64,000 bases of DNA from a virus: IMG/VR virus record IMGVR_UViG_3300025141_015556. The stretch is one strand, 5' to 3'. Each line of letters begins with the position of its first letter. Positions within the stretch are counted from its first letter, which is position 1. The position numbers were made by a program, and so were the translations under genes. The notes beneath the pieces were generated by a model. That model was not told the DNA's origin, did not search any database, and saw only the letters and a list, made by a program, of their open reading frames with translations. This document shows, piece by piece, positions 45,625 through 56,333 of this stretch.

Positions 45625-47820
45625 TCATCCTACACCCTGTGTCACGTGTCTTAACTTGTTCGTGCCATGCTTAACCACGTGAGCCGTGAAGTTTCGATCA
45701 CCAAGCACTATCGTGGCGGGTTGTTTGCTGGATTTTTCGACGGCCGCGGCCACTCTGTTGGACGCTGCGACGCTCTGCGTCAAAAGGTCCCAGTCTTTCT
45801 GGGGGAGGCCTGTAATGCCTGCCTGCGAGGCTGGGGCGCCCGGGGTTGGCATTTGTGCGGGTTGCGAGACACCGCCAGGGCCCATAGAGGTAACAGGGCT
45901 GTGGGGGGGCTGTGCGGCCGCCTGAAGCGCTGACTGTGGAACGACAGTGCTGACACGCGGTATGTTGAGCGGCTGCCTTGAGGTCGGTCCTCCCACTGCC
46001 GCTTGCGTTCGTTGAACTCCTGCCATACCCTGAGCAGCGGCATCTTCCATTTCGTCCATGGCCATATGGCCGGCAATGCCCACGCCGAACATTTTGGCGC
46101 CGCTTACTATCATAGGAACTGCCCACGCCGCTGCGGCGCCTTTGGTCGCAATCAACCCGATTACGCCACCAGCGATCATGGCCGCGCCGGCATATGTCGA
46201 GAAGTATATAATTGCCTTTGTCAATCCATAAATTTCTGCTGCAGCTTGGCCGCTACTTTCTACCATACTCCGGAAGCCTCGCACCATGGGTAAAATGCGT
46301 TCTTCAATTAGAGGCTGCATATCAACCAGCATGGCATTAAATGCTGCTTTTAATTGGTCTATGACCGATTGGGCTTCGGCCGCCTGATCGGCCAATTTCT
46401 TTTGAGCCAATCTTTGTTTCTCAAATTGAGCGGTCGTGGCGCCAAATATTCTATTTGCCTCATCCACGCTAACACCTAGCGCGTCAGCAATTGCCATTCT
46501 TTCAAATCGATTTAGTTCATCAAATTGTAAACCAGCCACATTCGTCAATCTTTGTAGAATAGATATACGCTCTTCATCTGTTGCGTTAAGAAGATCAATT
46601 GAATTCAAATACGGACCGCCAAGAATCGCATTCAAGCGGCCCACTGCCCGGGCAGAATCTTCAAAAGTATCAAATTTGCCAGTAATATTAAGAAGTTGAC
46701 CCATCTCAATGCCCGTCTGCTTAGAGTGTTTTGCGAGCCCTTCAAATACACTCATCATATCTCTACCATATTTGGCCAAAACGGGGGCCGAAGCCGAAAA
46801 ATCTTCTGCCAGTTTGCTAGCGGGGAGCCCAATAGCATCAGAAGTTGCTTTAATCTCAAGTAGCAATTCTTCCGCCTCGGTGGCATTCAGCCCCAGAGAG
46901 CGAGTTGCAATATCTAAATTTTTGGCTGACACAGAACTCGATACGCCGAGTTCCGCTAAGAGTGAAACTGTCTCGCCTATATCTCTTTGTGATGTTTCGC
47001 TTAATTGACTAAATTGAGAAAAACTCGTATATAGATCTGTAACGGCCTGGCCGGCTTCTGCACTATCGACACCATACAATGCCGTGGCGCGTTGAATAGT
47101 GGAAATTGTTTGTCCATATTCCATCCCAGCCCCGGTTGATTTCATAAATTGGGACCGCGCTGTGTCTTGAGCCGCGGCAAGCTTGATCACGGCGCCGGCA
47201 AATCCTAATGCTAGTTCAGCTCCCTTGGCAGAGAGAGAATTGAGGGCACTATTTCTGGTAATAAGGCCTTTAAATCCAGTCGCCACCCCTTTGATTCCGC
47301 CGGCGTGAAGTCGAGCATAAAAGTCTGCCTGTTTAGAGGCGGTAGCGAGGCCGAACATGGTTTCAGCTAGTTCTTTACCAACCTCAATGCCCTCTCTCTG
47401 GTAAACTAACCTTTCTTCTTTGTCGGCGAGCTCGGCTTTGCGGGCTTCCTGCAGCTTCTCCGACAGCTTGAGGAATTCTTCCGATTGCAGTGTTGATTCA
47501 ATTTCTAGCTGAAGCGCCTTTTCGTCCATCTCAAGTTGATAATCAATTTTCTTGTTTATCTCGGTGGTGAAAGCAATTTTTCTCTCAAGAAGCGAAATTT
47601 CATCTTTGAGGACCTTTACCCGGTCCAGGCGCATCACGTCTAATTCGCCCTGAACGTCGCGTTCTCCCTCCTGGGCGGCAACCAAGTCTCGGGTGGCTTC
47701 TGCCTGGTTCGCGATCTCCCGAACCGACATCTGAATTGTTTTAACGTCGTCTTCCGGCGGCTTGTCGGAACCGCCGCCGCCGCCTTCAGGAGACCAATAT
47801 ATTTTATTCCATAAGCTCAT
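45625..47820 (-). CDS. Tape measure protein
   Basis: Ala-rich helical 731-aa protein with a hydrophobic segment; between assembly chaperones and baseplate genes. Confidence 0.8.
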   Translation of the reverse strand: MSLWNKIYWSPEGGGGGSDKPPEDDVKTIQMSVREIANQAEATRDLVAAQEGERDVQGELDVMRLDRVKVLKDEISLLERKIAFTTEINKKIDYQLEMDEKALQLEIESTLQSEEFLKLSEKLQEARKAELADKEERLVYQREGIEVGKELAETMFGLATASKQADFYARLHAGGIKGVATGFKGLITRNSALNSLSAKGAELALGFAGAVIKLAAAQDTARSQFMKSTGAGMEYGQTISTIQRATALYGVDSAEAGQAVTDLYTSFSQFSQLSETSQRDIGETVSLLAELGVSSSVSAKNLDIATRSLGLNATEAEELLLEIKATSDAIGLPASKLAEDFSASAPVLAKYGRDMMSVFEGLAKHSKQTGIEMGQLLNITGKFDTFEDSARAVGRLNAILGGPYLNSIDLLNATDEERISILQRLTNVAGLQFDELNRFERMAIADALGVSVDEANRIFGATTAQFEKQRLAQKKLADQAAEAQSVIDQLKAAFNAMLVDMQPLIEERILPMVRGFRSMVESSGQAAAEIYGLTKAIIYFSTYAGAAMIAGGVIGLIATKGAAAAWAVPMIVSGAKMFGVGIAGHMAMDEMEDAAAQGMAGVQRTQAAVGGPTSRQPLNIPRVSTVVPQSALQAAAQPPHSPVTSMGPGGVSQPAQMPTPGAPASQAGITGLPQKDWDLLTQSVAASNRVAAAVEKSSKQPATIVLGDRNFTAHVVKHGTNKLRHVTQGVG

Positions 47821-47831
47821 TAATTAAGTTC

Positions 47832-48206
47832 CTACTTAATTGGCCACAAAATGCCAGTTTTATTCTCAAACTCTTCCACTGCCCGATTTAAAGCATGCCG
47901 AGATTCAAAAGTCTCGGGCGCGCCAAGGCCGTGTTCTATGTAGTCTTTCATATAATTTTTTTCTCTGCGAAGAGTTTTCATAAAAGTTTCTACTTGCGAG
48001 GGGGTACCCACAATTTTAACCTGTGGTTCTGGCTGGCCGTCGGACGATTCTTCAACCTTGTGGCGGCCTGGACTTCCCGCCCCCTCGCCAAACATATGCC
48101 GAAGTAATAATTTCACGAGGCCGCCAAATTGAGCTATGAACGACTCATTTAAAAGCGATGGATTCTTATTTAAATTAATAATTAATTGTTCTTGTTCATG
48201 CGGCAT
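47832..48206 (-). CDS. Late hypothetical protein
   Basis: LLNE motif; TACTAATTA at 48230-48238. Confidence 0.65.
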   Translation of the reverse strand: MPHEQEQLIINLNKNPSLLNESFIAQFGGLVKLLLRHMFGEGAGSPGRHKVEESSDGQPEPQVKIVGTPSQVETFMKTLRREKNYMKDYIEHGLGAPETFESRHALNRAVEEFENKTGILWPIK

Positions 48207-48257
48207 CTTTGTCCCTCAAGTTAATATACTAATTAGTATTTGAGGAACAAAATGCAT

Positions 48258-48455
48258 TTAACCACCAAGGTTATAATGAGAAGAATTCTTTTCGCGTGCC
48301 GCTCTTATATTTTCAAATTCTTTAATTAGACGCTCAACAAACCAATGACGTAATTGTATCGGAAGATTATACGCCTCAAAAAAACTCCAACCGCCGTGGT
48401 GTTTCAATATAAACAACTCTTCATATATGGATTCTTGATACTCATCGCTTAGGCC
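48258..48455 (-). CDS. gp51-like extension without its own ATG (probable frameshift product)
   Basis: GLSDEYQESIYEELFILKHHGGWSFFEAYNLPIQLRHWFVERL...; frame opens just before the T7 run at 48456-48462. Confidence 0.65.
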   Translation of the reverse strand, partial: GLSDEYQESIYEELFILKHHGGWSFFEAYNLPIQLRHWFVERLIKEFENIRAAREKNSSHYNLGG

Positions 48456-49299
48456 AAAAAAAGCCTGCAGTCAATGGAACTGCAACCCTCCCATCGTGAT
48501 TACACGATACACAAATAAAATCGTGAGTTAGGTCGACATCGGGACTAATTTTTTCATAAACTGATTTAATATGCACAGAATCCTGAATTGGCAATACTTC
48601 TAAAAATTTATTAATAGTGGCGGCATCTGTTCTACCATTAACAGAAACCACCATTAGCCTTAAAAGATCGGTAGCGATCGAGGAAGGGAGCTTTTGTTTT
48701 CTTTTTCTTTCAGTTCCTTCTGAATATGCCTTTTCTTGGGCGCCCGTCAAAAGGCGCAACTCCACTTGAAGTCCACATTTGGGCAAAACAACAAAATAGG
48801 TATTATTTTCAGATGCGTGCACCTCTTCGGGCACTTCTGAATGATGTACAGTAAGGTTGTCTAGATCGAAATTGACTGATTGCTGAGTGGTACAGACGGG
48901 GCACCCCACTCTTGTTTCATAATGGGGCCCATAGCCCGTTGCGCGCGCTCCAATGATTAGAGCATTTTTGTCACCAACTAAAAGTTCATCTATTTTAATT
49001 GATTTGTCGACTATTAGTGACTGTAATAGTCTATCGATAGCAATTCCTTTTCGCAAAAGACTTTCAGAGGTTAAAATATCCTCTTCTTTTGCAGTCATGT
49101 GTTTGATTTCTACAGAACTTTTACCGTGGAGGGGGTGCCCTTCGGCATAATACCTCCCTTGACTCGGAAGATCAATAAATTCTGTTGGCGTAACAAACGA
49201 AAAGAGATCTTCGTTTTGTTGACTTGTGACTAAGGGAGGGGGGGAAACATCCGGTGCTGGGGCGCCTAGGCCTAGGCGGTCTTCATTGTTTCTTGACAC
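48442..49299 (-). CDS. Baseplate hub / tail assembly chaperone (T4 gp26-like)
   Basis: LPSQG.YY, MTAKEEDIL, GD...L...R...YG, CPVC, C..C, terminal FFWP. Confidence 0.8.
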   Translation of the reverse strand: MSRNNEDRLGLGAPAPDVSPPPLVTSQQNEDLFSFVTPTEFIDLPSQGRYYAEGHPLHGKSSVEIKHMTAKEEDILTSESLLRKGIAIDRLLQSLIVDKSIKIDELLVGDKNALIIGARATGYGPHYETRVGCPVCTTQQSVNFDLDNLTVHHSEVPEEVHASENNTYFVVLPKCGLQVELRLLTGAQEKAYSEGTERKRKQKLPSSIATDLLRLMVVSVNGRTDAATINKFLEVLPIQDSVHIKSVYEKISPDVDLTHDFICVSCNHDGRVAVPLTAGFFWPKR

Positions 49300-49320
49300 A
49301 TTTACCTCATTTCTTTATTT

Positions 49321-49881
49321 TTAAATATCTAGCGGCGGGCTTGATTCATATGTTGCCCAATCGTAACGAATTGTAATATCCACATTCAAAAGAGCATCGC
49401 CCGTATAATCCAGTGTACCAAATTTTGCACCAGTTATAAAGGCATTATTTAAAATCCATTTGCCAATAAGGGTACCTTCGCCATCCAATTGACGAATAAT
49501 CACATCTCCAATGGCATCATGAGCATTCACTTTATTAACTGTGCCAACCTGCTGTTGAGCACCCTGCAAAGCTGCAGATTGCTGATCGGGTCTGAGATAT
49601 CCTGATTTCGAGAGAGCATCATATAAGAGTGCGTTTCCATCCGGATTGACTGAGTTAACGATAGTGACGGTTACTTCATCCCATGTAACGGTGCCCGGGT
49701 AATGATATTCATTGCCCAAAAACCTGTGGGGCGTTGTAGAGATTGTATATCCCGGCGTAAGCACTGTTTTTGCAAGATAGTCTTCAAAGCTTGCACCATC
49801 CGCTGTAACCAAGTTACTAAAATTAACCAAAAATCTATGTTGTCTCTTGGGCTCCGAAGACGCTAAATTCCAAAATGCCAT
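49321..49881 (-). CDS. Tail tube protein (T4 gp19-like)
   Basis: EPKRQHRF, YPG..TW, W.L.NAF, FG.LDY, IRYDWA; directly after the sheath gene; ACTATTTA at 49903-49910. Confidence 0.85.
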   Translation of the reverse strand: MAFWNLASSEPKRQHRFLVNFSNLVTADGASFEDYLAKTVLTPGYTISTTPHRFLGNEYHYPGTVTWDEVTVTIVNSVNPDGNALLYDALSKSGYLRPDQQSAALQGAQQQVGTVNKVNAHDAIGDVIIRQLDGEGTLIGKWILNNAFITGAKFGTLDYTGDALLNVDITIRYDWATYESSPPLDI

Positions 49882-49933
49882 TTTATTCCAATCTCCTCAA
49901 GTTAAATAGTGAAAAAAATCTTTTCTCCCCACT

Positions 49934-52900
49934 TTAATCAACAAATGATGCCCCCGTCCTTGTAATATTAAAGTCAAGGGCAATAAACTCGATAGCTCGT
50001 GTGGGCTTCAAGTATATCTTAGCATACATAATATTTCTATCGATTAAGTCAGCAGTCGTCGTAGTTTCATCGAGGACAAGCTTATAATCGGTAAGGCCAA
50101 AATTAGTCTTGACCGTATCCAAGAAGGGTGTCACTTGACTTGTAAATCGGTCCCACGTACTCTGAACATTGGGATCAAAGAGCAACGTTGTTGCAATCTG
50201 GGAGATTCTTTTCTTGACAAAAATCAGCATTCTTCGAACATTAATGCGATCTAGCGCAGACGATGTTACTTGAAGCGTCTTCTGCCCAAAAATCACGATT
50301 CCTTCCGCCGGGAATTTGGCAATTGGATTGACATTTGCGGCGTAGAGATCGTCTCTCTGCTTCCTTGTAAGCTGTTCGACGATGTTTACGACCGGGAGAC
50401 CCGCAGAACCCTCTGTAAGGCCTCCACGATTGAATCCGGCCGGTGCAAACCAAACTTCAGTCTTCCGCTGAGAGCTAGAGAACGTCCCCAATGCCGGGAT
50501 AGACGGAGGTACCCAAAGTAGCTTACCATTAATAGTATCTCTGACCTGAACCCAAGGATAGTATGCGCAGCCATAGCTGGAATTTAATCCGCGTGACTTC
50601 AGGTTATTAAGGATGTCTGTTACACTCCCCACGCGACCCGAAAAAGAGTCGGTGTTTTCAGTGGTCTCCTTAAAGCCCCCCTTCAAATCGACAATCGCCA
50701 AGGCATCCGCGCGATCCTCACATGTATTAATCAGATGCGTCGTGAGACCCTCATTTGTGATACCAGGAACGGTCGCAAGATTCATTTCTACTACCTCTGG
50801 GTCGGCAATTGCATCAATGGCTCGTTTAATAGAGTAATTGGCATAATAACCAAACTCAGTGGAGTCCTCCAAAGCGGTATTGTCAAAAGGCTCTGGTTTT
50901 CTTATATCAAGCCCATCAAAACCACCATGAAGCGGGACCGTAAACCTATCAAATCCTTGATTGAGCGGCTCTTCCCACGAACTAGACACCGCGGTCATAG
51001 AGGCGCCGGCGGCTCCGGGGCCTCCGGTCGAAAGAATTCTACGAGAACCAGAAACCCATGCCGCATTAAGCGACCCGGTGAAAATAAGATCGTCTAGTGT
51101 AAATGGCACCGATAATTCACAACCAGCCGCAGTAGAAGTAAACTGATCTGTGAGCACCCCGCCGCGCGGCATCAAAAGATCGAGGTTAGATTCGCCGAAT
51201 CGAACAGATCCGGCAGTACGCCCAGTATTAAATCCGAAATAAGCATCAGTAGTATTACCCAAACCTCCGTCTGAACCGCTTTTACGCAGTGCGGGTGCTG
51301 GGAATTTAATCGATCCGGTAAAGTCTGCCGATCGGAAGCCTAGGCCGTGATTAACCTGCGTACCTGAGCCGAATAGCAAATAGGAGCCGCTCAGTCCCGT
51401 AGCTACGCCGGCGACGGAGGGGCCAGGAAGTGCCGTGGTATTTGCTAGGGATGCGGCATCAAATGACGAACCAGAAGCGGCAATATAAGATCCTAAATCT
51501 GGTGAATTGCCACTTAGGTTAACAGAAACATCTGCATATTTAACGACCCCAAGGAACCCAAAGGGCAGGTATTGTGTGCTTCCACCATGGCCGTTCGCCA
51601 GTTCTATACGAATATATCGCGATTGATTATCAAATTCGCCGTATGTTACATATCTCTTAAGAGTGTTGTCCCACGAAGTACGACGATCTCCAATTTTTCT
51701 CTTTACATAATTTAAAGAATTCTCATTCAGGTTGCAATCATTAAATTGTTCCAACACCCGAACAACATTATCGGAATCTTTTAGACTTCTCACCACTATA
51801 GAGAAGCTGCCCCACGGGTCCGCGTCAGGATTGGGGGGCGCCGCAATATCTTCAATTGAAATTTTCAAATTACGATTTGTCCAGTCGCCGGGCTCATTAA
51901 GAGCATGCAGTTTAAACAATTTTTGCATGGCGGTGGCATCGTAGCTTCCAGAATCAGTGGTAATATCTTGAGAAATTATCCACGGAGTTTGTGCCGACAG
52001 TAGTGGCATCGCAAAACTAGCGCCATTGCCTCCGGCGGCTTCGAGAAGGGGCAAAAGAGCACCCCAATATTTATTTGAAGAGCCGGCTGTAACTGTATCT
52101 TTCAAATGTCGATCAAATGTCTCGCCGACCCAATATTTTGTTACAGTATCAGATGTTGCTGTATTCGAGAGCTGAGGGTTGGTGTTCAGTGCCTTTCGAA
52201 TATACCGGGGGGATTCAGAATTAAAATTAACAGATGTTAGTAAATCCTTGCTTCCTTGATAATTTTTGATATACATCTTAAATTCATAATCCGAACTTGC
52301 AACGGATGATTCAACCATGGCACATGTACCAGTTACAACAGCCGAATCATCTCGGCCGGCCAAAGTACCACTTAAAGCAAAACTAGACTGATTGGTGCTA
52401 GAACTATTTGCATAAAGAATGGCAGCCAACGCTCCAGTTGAAACATAGTTGCTCATGCCGCCAGATAATCCTGTAAATGTGACATTGGAACAATTTAATG
52501 ATTGAATTAAGGTATTGCTAGCGTACCCGACGAGGCCGCCGGAAATGGAAGCGGTAACATTAATGCGCGGTCCTGAGACGCTACCGCTGCTAACAACGAA
52601 CTGATGTGTTGCGGCGCCATCGGATGTAGTGGGGCCGTTCGAGGTACCGTCGAGGTCTCCGCCTAGCGAACACGAACCAAAGACTTTGGGATAATCGGTT
52701 GTGGGCGCTCCGGTGGAGGTCCCCACATATTTGGTACCAATCGATCGAGTCATTGAAATCATCAGTTCGTGGAAAAAATGATCTGCCAGCGCCGTCGCGC
52801 CGGCGGCCGTCGCCACACCGCCCGAGACAAGAATTGCATTTTCTTCGTGCTGGCCAGCAACGCCTTGGGTGTCCACCCCGTCATCACTTCCGCTGGGCGA

Positions 52901-53443
52901 CCACTGAAATCTAAAAACATGACCATCGCTGCCAGTAAACGCAACAATCGCATATTCGCCGGGGGTATTAGTGGCGTGTGAGGCTTGCAAACTTCCGGTA
53001 GCTTGCAAGTTACCGTCCTGAGATCCAGAATTCCAAATAAACAGTCCGTATGCGCCACAGCCGCTTGTGGATTGTGCTGGATTAATCTTCCATCCTGCAT
53101 ATCCGGCAGATGTTTTATCGGGACTTTCTGCGCCCATGAGACGAACGAAAGTTAATGGAGAACTGTTCCGCAAATATGCCTGGGCGCCATAGCCACCATA
53201 AGTGGGACCAACGTTGTTGCCATCTCGCCAAACGTCGCCGCCGGCTCCACCTGGGATAGGGGCACCAAACGTCTCAACGAACTCTGAAAAGGATTCGACT
53301 GTGATCGGTCGAAGGCCGGGCCCCGACTTAGCGCGCCCAATAACGACTGGGCCAATACCAGCTGGGGAGGCTGGAATCTGGGAGTTGTCTATTTCATTAA
53401 TGAAAACTCCCGGCGAAACAAATCTAAACTTCTTAACCGCCAT
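49934..53443 (-). CDS. Tail sheath protein (T4 gp18-like) with large insertions
   Basis: FVSPGVFINEID, YYPWV, VPPS, WFAPAGFNRG, NPI, GQKTL, LDRINVRR, EFIALDF; TACTATTTA at 53501-53509. Confidence 0.95.
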   Translation of the reverse strand: MAVKKFRFVSPGVFINEIDNSQIPASPAGIGPVVIGRAKSGPGLRPITVESFSEFVETFGAPIPGGAGGDVWRDGNNVGPTYGGYGAQAYLRNSSPLTFVRLMGAESPDKTSAGYAGWKINPAQSTSGCGAYGLFIWNSGSQDGNLQATGSLQASHATNTPGEYAIVAFTGSDGHVFRFQWSPSGSDDGVDTQGVAGQHEENAILVSGGVATAAGATALADHFFHELMISMTRSIGTKYVGTSTGAPTTDYPKVFGSCSLGGDLDGTSNGPTTSDGAATHQFVVSSGSVSGPRINVTASISGGLVGYASNTLIQSLNCSNVTFTGLSGGMSNYVSTGALAAILYANSSSTNQSSFALSGTLAGRDDSAVVTGTCAMVESSVASSDYEFKMYIKNYQGSKDLLTSVNFNSESPRYIRKALNTNPQLSNTATSDTVTKYWVGETFDRHLKDTVTAGSSNKYWGALLPLLEAAGGNGASFAMPLLSAQTPWIISQDITTDSGSYDATAMQKLFKLHALNEPGDWTNRNLKISIEDIAAPPNPDADPWGSFSIVVRSLKDSDNVVRVLEQFNDCNLNENSLNYVKRKIGDRRTSWDNTLKRYVTYGEFDNQSRYIRIELANGHGGSTQYLPFGFLGVVKYADVSVNLSGNSPDLGSYIAASGSSFDAASLANTTALPGPSVAGVATGLSGSYLLFGSGTQVNHGLGFRSADFTGSIKFPAPALRKSGSDGGLGNTTDAYFGFNTGRTAGSVRFGESNLDLLMPRGGVLTDQFTSTAAGCELSVPFTLDDLIFTGSLNAAWVSGSRRILSTGGPGAAGASMTAVSSSWEEPLNQGFDRFTVPLHGGFDGLDIRKPEPFDNTALEDSTEFGYYANYSIKRAIDAIADPEVVEMNLATVPGITNEGLTTHLINTCEDRADALAIVDLKGGFKETTENTDSFSGRVGSVTDILNNLKSRGLNSSYGCAYYPWVQVRDTINGKLLWVPPSIPALGTFSSSQRKTEVWFAPAGFNRGGLTEGSAGLPVVNIVEQLTRKQRDDLYAANVNPIAKFPAEGIVIFGQKTLQVTSSALDRINVRRMLIFVKKRISQIATTLLFDPNVQSTWDRFTSQVTPFLDTVKTNFGLTDYKLVLDETTTTADLIDRNIMYAKIYLKPTRAIEFIALDFNITRTGASFVD

Positions 53444-53527
53444 TCTTAGATATCTCCCTGTTTACTGCGTATGCATATGTTATGCAAGTTAATTCATTAA
53501 TAAATAGTATTAGATAGCTCGAAAGAC

Positions 53528-54472
53528 TCATTCTCTATAAAATCCTCTTCCATCGATATTATCAGGTATGTCTCCAAAAATAACTTGCTCTCTGGCGAAC
53601 TTAAATTCAACCGCGTTTTCACGTTTTACAATTTTGGGATTTTCTTGATTATCGCCCTCGCCAATTAAATAACCAAGCACATCAACGTTGATTGTGGTTT
53701 CATAATTCCTCTGTTCAAACCCCAAATTGCTCGTATTGCTGTTGTTGTCATAACTTGCATCTATAAAGACTTCAAATTTGTGATTGTCTCGCTCAATTCG
53801 AGGAGCCATCGAACTATTGCCCGAAATTGTCACCCACGGCTGTATAAGATCGTTCATTTGCTGTTGATATTCCGTGCGTAGATTAATCTGATATCTGACA
53901 GTTACCCAAGTTGGTAGTGGAATAGTGATCGTCTGATAAACAACTTTAGCGGTAGACATATTTCTAGCGTGAGCGCTATTATTTGCTCCTCTTGCTTCGT
54001 TCGGACCCAGGCGCCGATTTGCGACTGCATTTTGAAATTCAGCCGTTTTTTTCTGATTTATCTTTCGGGCGATTGTAATTGTGCCCCCTTTTTCATCATT
54101 AATTGGAAAAACATTGGCCCATGGAAGACCCCGCTTATTGGGATCTTTGGTCACTGTTTTTCTTTCAATAGTAATCAGCGGCAAAATCAAGGATTCTTCT
54201 GCATCTCGTATTTCTTTGTTGGCCTTCAGTTGAAATGCTCGTTCGGCGGAAGCCCAAATTATGGGCACCTTTTTAAATCCCTTATTGGAGGTGGTAAATA
54301 GATTTAATTTCTCATTCACAAAATCATACAAAGCATAATCTATAGTTTCCAGTGTGGAGGGCATAAAAACTATCTCATGCAGTTTTTCTTTTACCTGCGG
54401 TGCACGAATATAATCATATCGACGAGATTTTTTATCCTGTAATTGTCGTTGGGTTTTTTTAACCGGCATCAC
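53528..54472 (-). CDS. Tail terminator / sheath stabiliser (gp15-like)
   Basis: KVPIIW..ER, LPLITI, P..V.V.Y; synteny between neck and sheath genes. Confidence 0.7.
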   Translation of the reverse strand: MMPVKKTQRQLQDKKSRRYDYIRAPQVKEKLHEIVFMPSTLETIDYALYDFVNEKLNLFTTSNKGFKKVPIIWASAERAFQLKANKEIRDAEESLILPLITIERKTVTKDPNKRGLPWANVFPINDEKGGTITIARKINQKKTAEFQNAVANRRLGPNEARGANNSAHARNMSTAKVVYQTITIPLPTWVTVRYQINLRTEYQQQMNDLIQPWVTISGNSSMAPRIERDNHKFEVFIDASYDNNSNTSNLGFEQRNYETTINVDVLGYLIGEGDNQENPKIVKRENAVEFKFAREQVIFGDIPDNIDGRGFYRE

Positions 54473-54965
54473 TTATACCCCTAAATGTGCCGCGGCGGGC
54501 CCGGACACATTCGGCACTAATTTGGAACTTGTGGTCAACTTGACCAAAGTAATATCTTGTATCATTAAAGGTTTTAACAATTTCATATAACTTATCACCA
54601 TATTGAACAAAATCTCCGGCTCGAACAAAAAGATTTTGGTCTTCCGTGAGTCGTTTTCTATGAAAATTAACAGTCAGCTTCGTCTGATATTCATACGAAT
54701 AACGATCATTGGTTTGTACATTTTCTACTTCTACATATGCGTATACGCGGACTGGGGGTAGAAAACTTTTATTTACGGATTCTCCATAAAGAGGATGAAA
54801 ATCAGTTGCCTCGGCATCAACAGGATAATAGATTATTGTTTGGCCAATAATTCTTTCAGCGAGTTCATCATTAACCTGTTTTACAAGATCGCGCTCTTTC
54901 TTCCCAAAAAACATGGGAGGTGGAGGGGCCGCGGGTTGTGCCCATTTATCGTCTGGATTTGCCAT
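54459..54965 (-). CDS. Neck / head-closure protein (gp14-like)
   Basis: E....IIGQTIIYY...LYGE...GDFV; synteny. Confidence 0.7.
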   Translation of the reverse strand: MANPDDKWAQPAAPPPPMFFGKKERDLVKQVNDELAERIIGQTIIYYPVDAEATDFHPLYGESVNKSFLPPVRVYAYVEVENVQTNDRYSYEYQTKLTVNFHRKRLTEDQNLFVRAGDFVQYGDKLYEIVKTFNDTRYYFGQVDHKFQISAECVRARRGTFRGISDAG

Positions 54966-54969
54966 CTAA

Positions 54970-56235
54970 CTACCCTACATAGATGCCGCCGGGGACATCG
55001 GCCAATAGTTTATCTGCATTGTCAGACATTTCTGAATCCTTCGTGGAAAGGTTCACATATGTCAGTTCATCAAATGTTGTCTTAAGCTCCTCTCTCAATG
55101 CGTCTTGTTCCGCTTTCGCTTGAGAAAGCAATTCGGCATGGTTTAGCGTCACCGATTCCCCTGGAATTGGCACTGTATTAAATTTACCACGAATTTGTCC
55201 CAGCATTTCTTTTGAAAGAGCCAGCGCAAAGCGGCGGATCCATTGTTTTCCAATCGAGTTAATACTGTTATAATCAATATTTTGAAATGGAAGTGTGTTC
55301 ATGTTGTTGATGCCCAAAACTCCTGTATCTACACCAGAATCTGTTTCATCCCATGGGTCTTCATCGACCGTAAAATAGAACCAAAACTTTGTTGGGCTTG
55401 CATCCTTTGGTGGAGGGAAAATTCTTAGTTTGTTGTTCTTAATTTCATATGACCAATGAGAAACCCTGGTGTTAAGCGCATCCTCATAGTTCATTGCTTG
55501 AAGTTTATTCTGCCAAACGGGAACAATATCAAATGTTGAATCATCTGCATACTGTCCATACGTACGCAAGTTGCCAACAACGCTGAACCCGCCATAATAC
55601 CCGTAAAAGCGCCACATAGCGTTCGGTGATTTATAAAATACTTTTCGAATTATAATTCTCTTCTTGCCAACTTTCCCATAATATTCTTGACCAGTCTCGG
55701 TGGCAGCAGATTCTGATATTATTGTTTGTATATCATAATCTTGCTGATCGGTTACAGTATCAAAAGAACCTGAATATATGTTTTTTGTGCCCCCCAGGCC
55801 GGCCTCTGTAATGGCGTGGTCGGACACCCTCCTAACGTGTCCATAATCATATTTTGGATATCTTAACTCAATATTTAAATCAGCCAGGTCGTCTCCAGAA
55901 ATGACTTGGCCATCGTGAGTAAACGAAGCAGTGGTGTGTCCAAGAAAACTGGAAAGAGAATTTTTTGCTTGGTGTACATTAACTATATAAGAATATTCCA
56001 AACAAGCTTCTTCGTAGGCTGCATAAACGTTTCCCTCTGTTAGCTCAATATCTAATACGTCTCCGCCCAATTTTTTATATGTATAGGCAACCTGATCTAC
56101 AGACCCTGATTGGAAAAAAGAATTTAATACGTATACGCCAAACGGCAACGAAGAAGAAATATTTCCTAAAGTGCCAGTTATCGGTAATATATTGTTATTT
56201 GTGGTTGAAGCCGGACTAAGTGTAGGAAGCGCCAT
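54970..56235 (-). CDS. Neck / head-tail adaptor (gp13-like)
   Basis: KLGG..DIEL; WIRRFALALSKEMLGQIRGKF...LN; CTACTTA and CTATTTA motifs upstream. Confidence 0.8.
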   Translation of the reverse strand: MALPTLSPASTTNNNILPITGTLGNISSSLPFGVYVLNSFFQSGSVDQVAYTYKKLGGDVLDIELTEGNVYAAYEEACLEYSYIVNVHQAKNSLSSFLGHTTASFTHDGQVISGDDLADLNIELRYPKYDYGHVRRVSDHAITEAGLGGTKNIYSGSFDTVTDQQDYDIQTIISESAATETGQEYYGKVGKKRIIIRKVFYKSPNAMWRFYGYYGGFSVVGNLRTYGQYADDSTFDIVPVWQNKLQAMNYEDALNTRVSHWSYEIKNNKLRIFPPPKDASPTKFWFYFTVDEDPWDETDSGVDTGVLGINNMNTLPFQNIDYNSINSIGKQWIRRFALALSKEMLGQIRGKFNTVPIPGESVTLNHAELLSQAKAEQDALREELKTTFDELTYVNLSTKDSEMSDNADKLLADVPGGIYVG

Positions 56236-56273
56236 ATTATAATACTCCTCATTTTAAGTAGTATAACTATTAT

Positions 56274-56308
56274 AAATAGAAAGCCCCGGCTCTATGAGCC
56301 GAGGCTTT
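56274..56308 (-). terminator. Rho-independent terminator after the major capsid gene
   Basis: GCCTCGGCTC-ATA-GAGCCGGGGC followed by TTTCTATTT. Confidence 0.8.
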
Positions 56309-56333
56309 CACATTTATTCACCCAGATGGAGAA

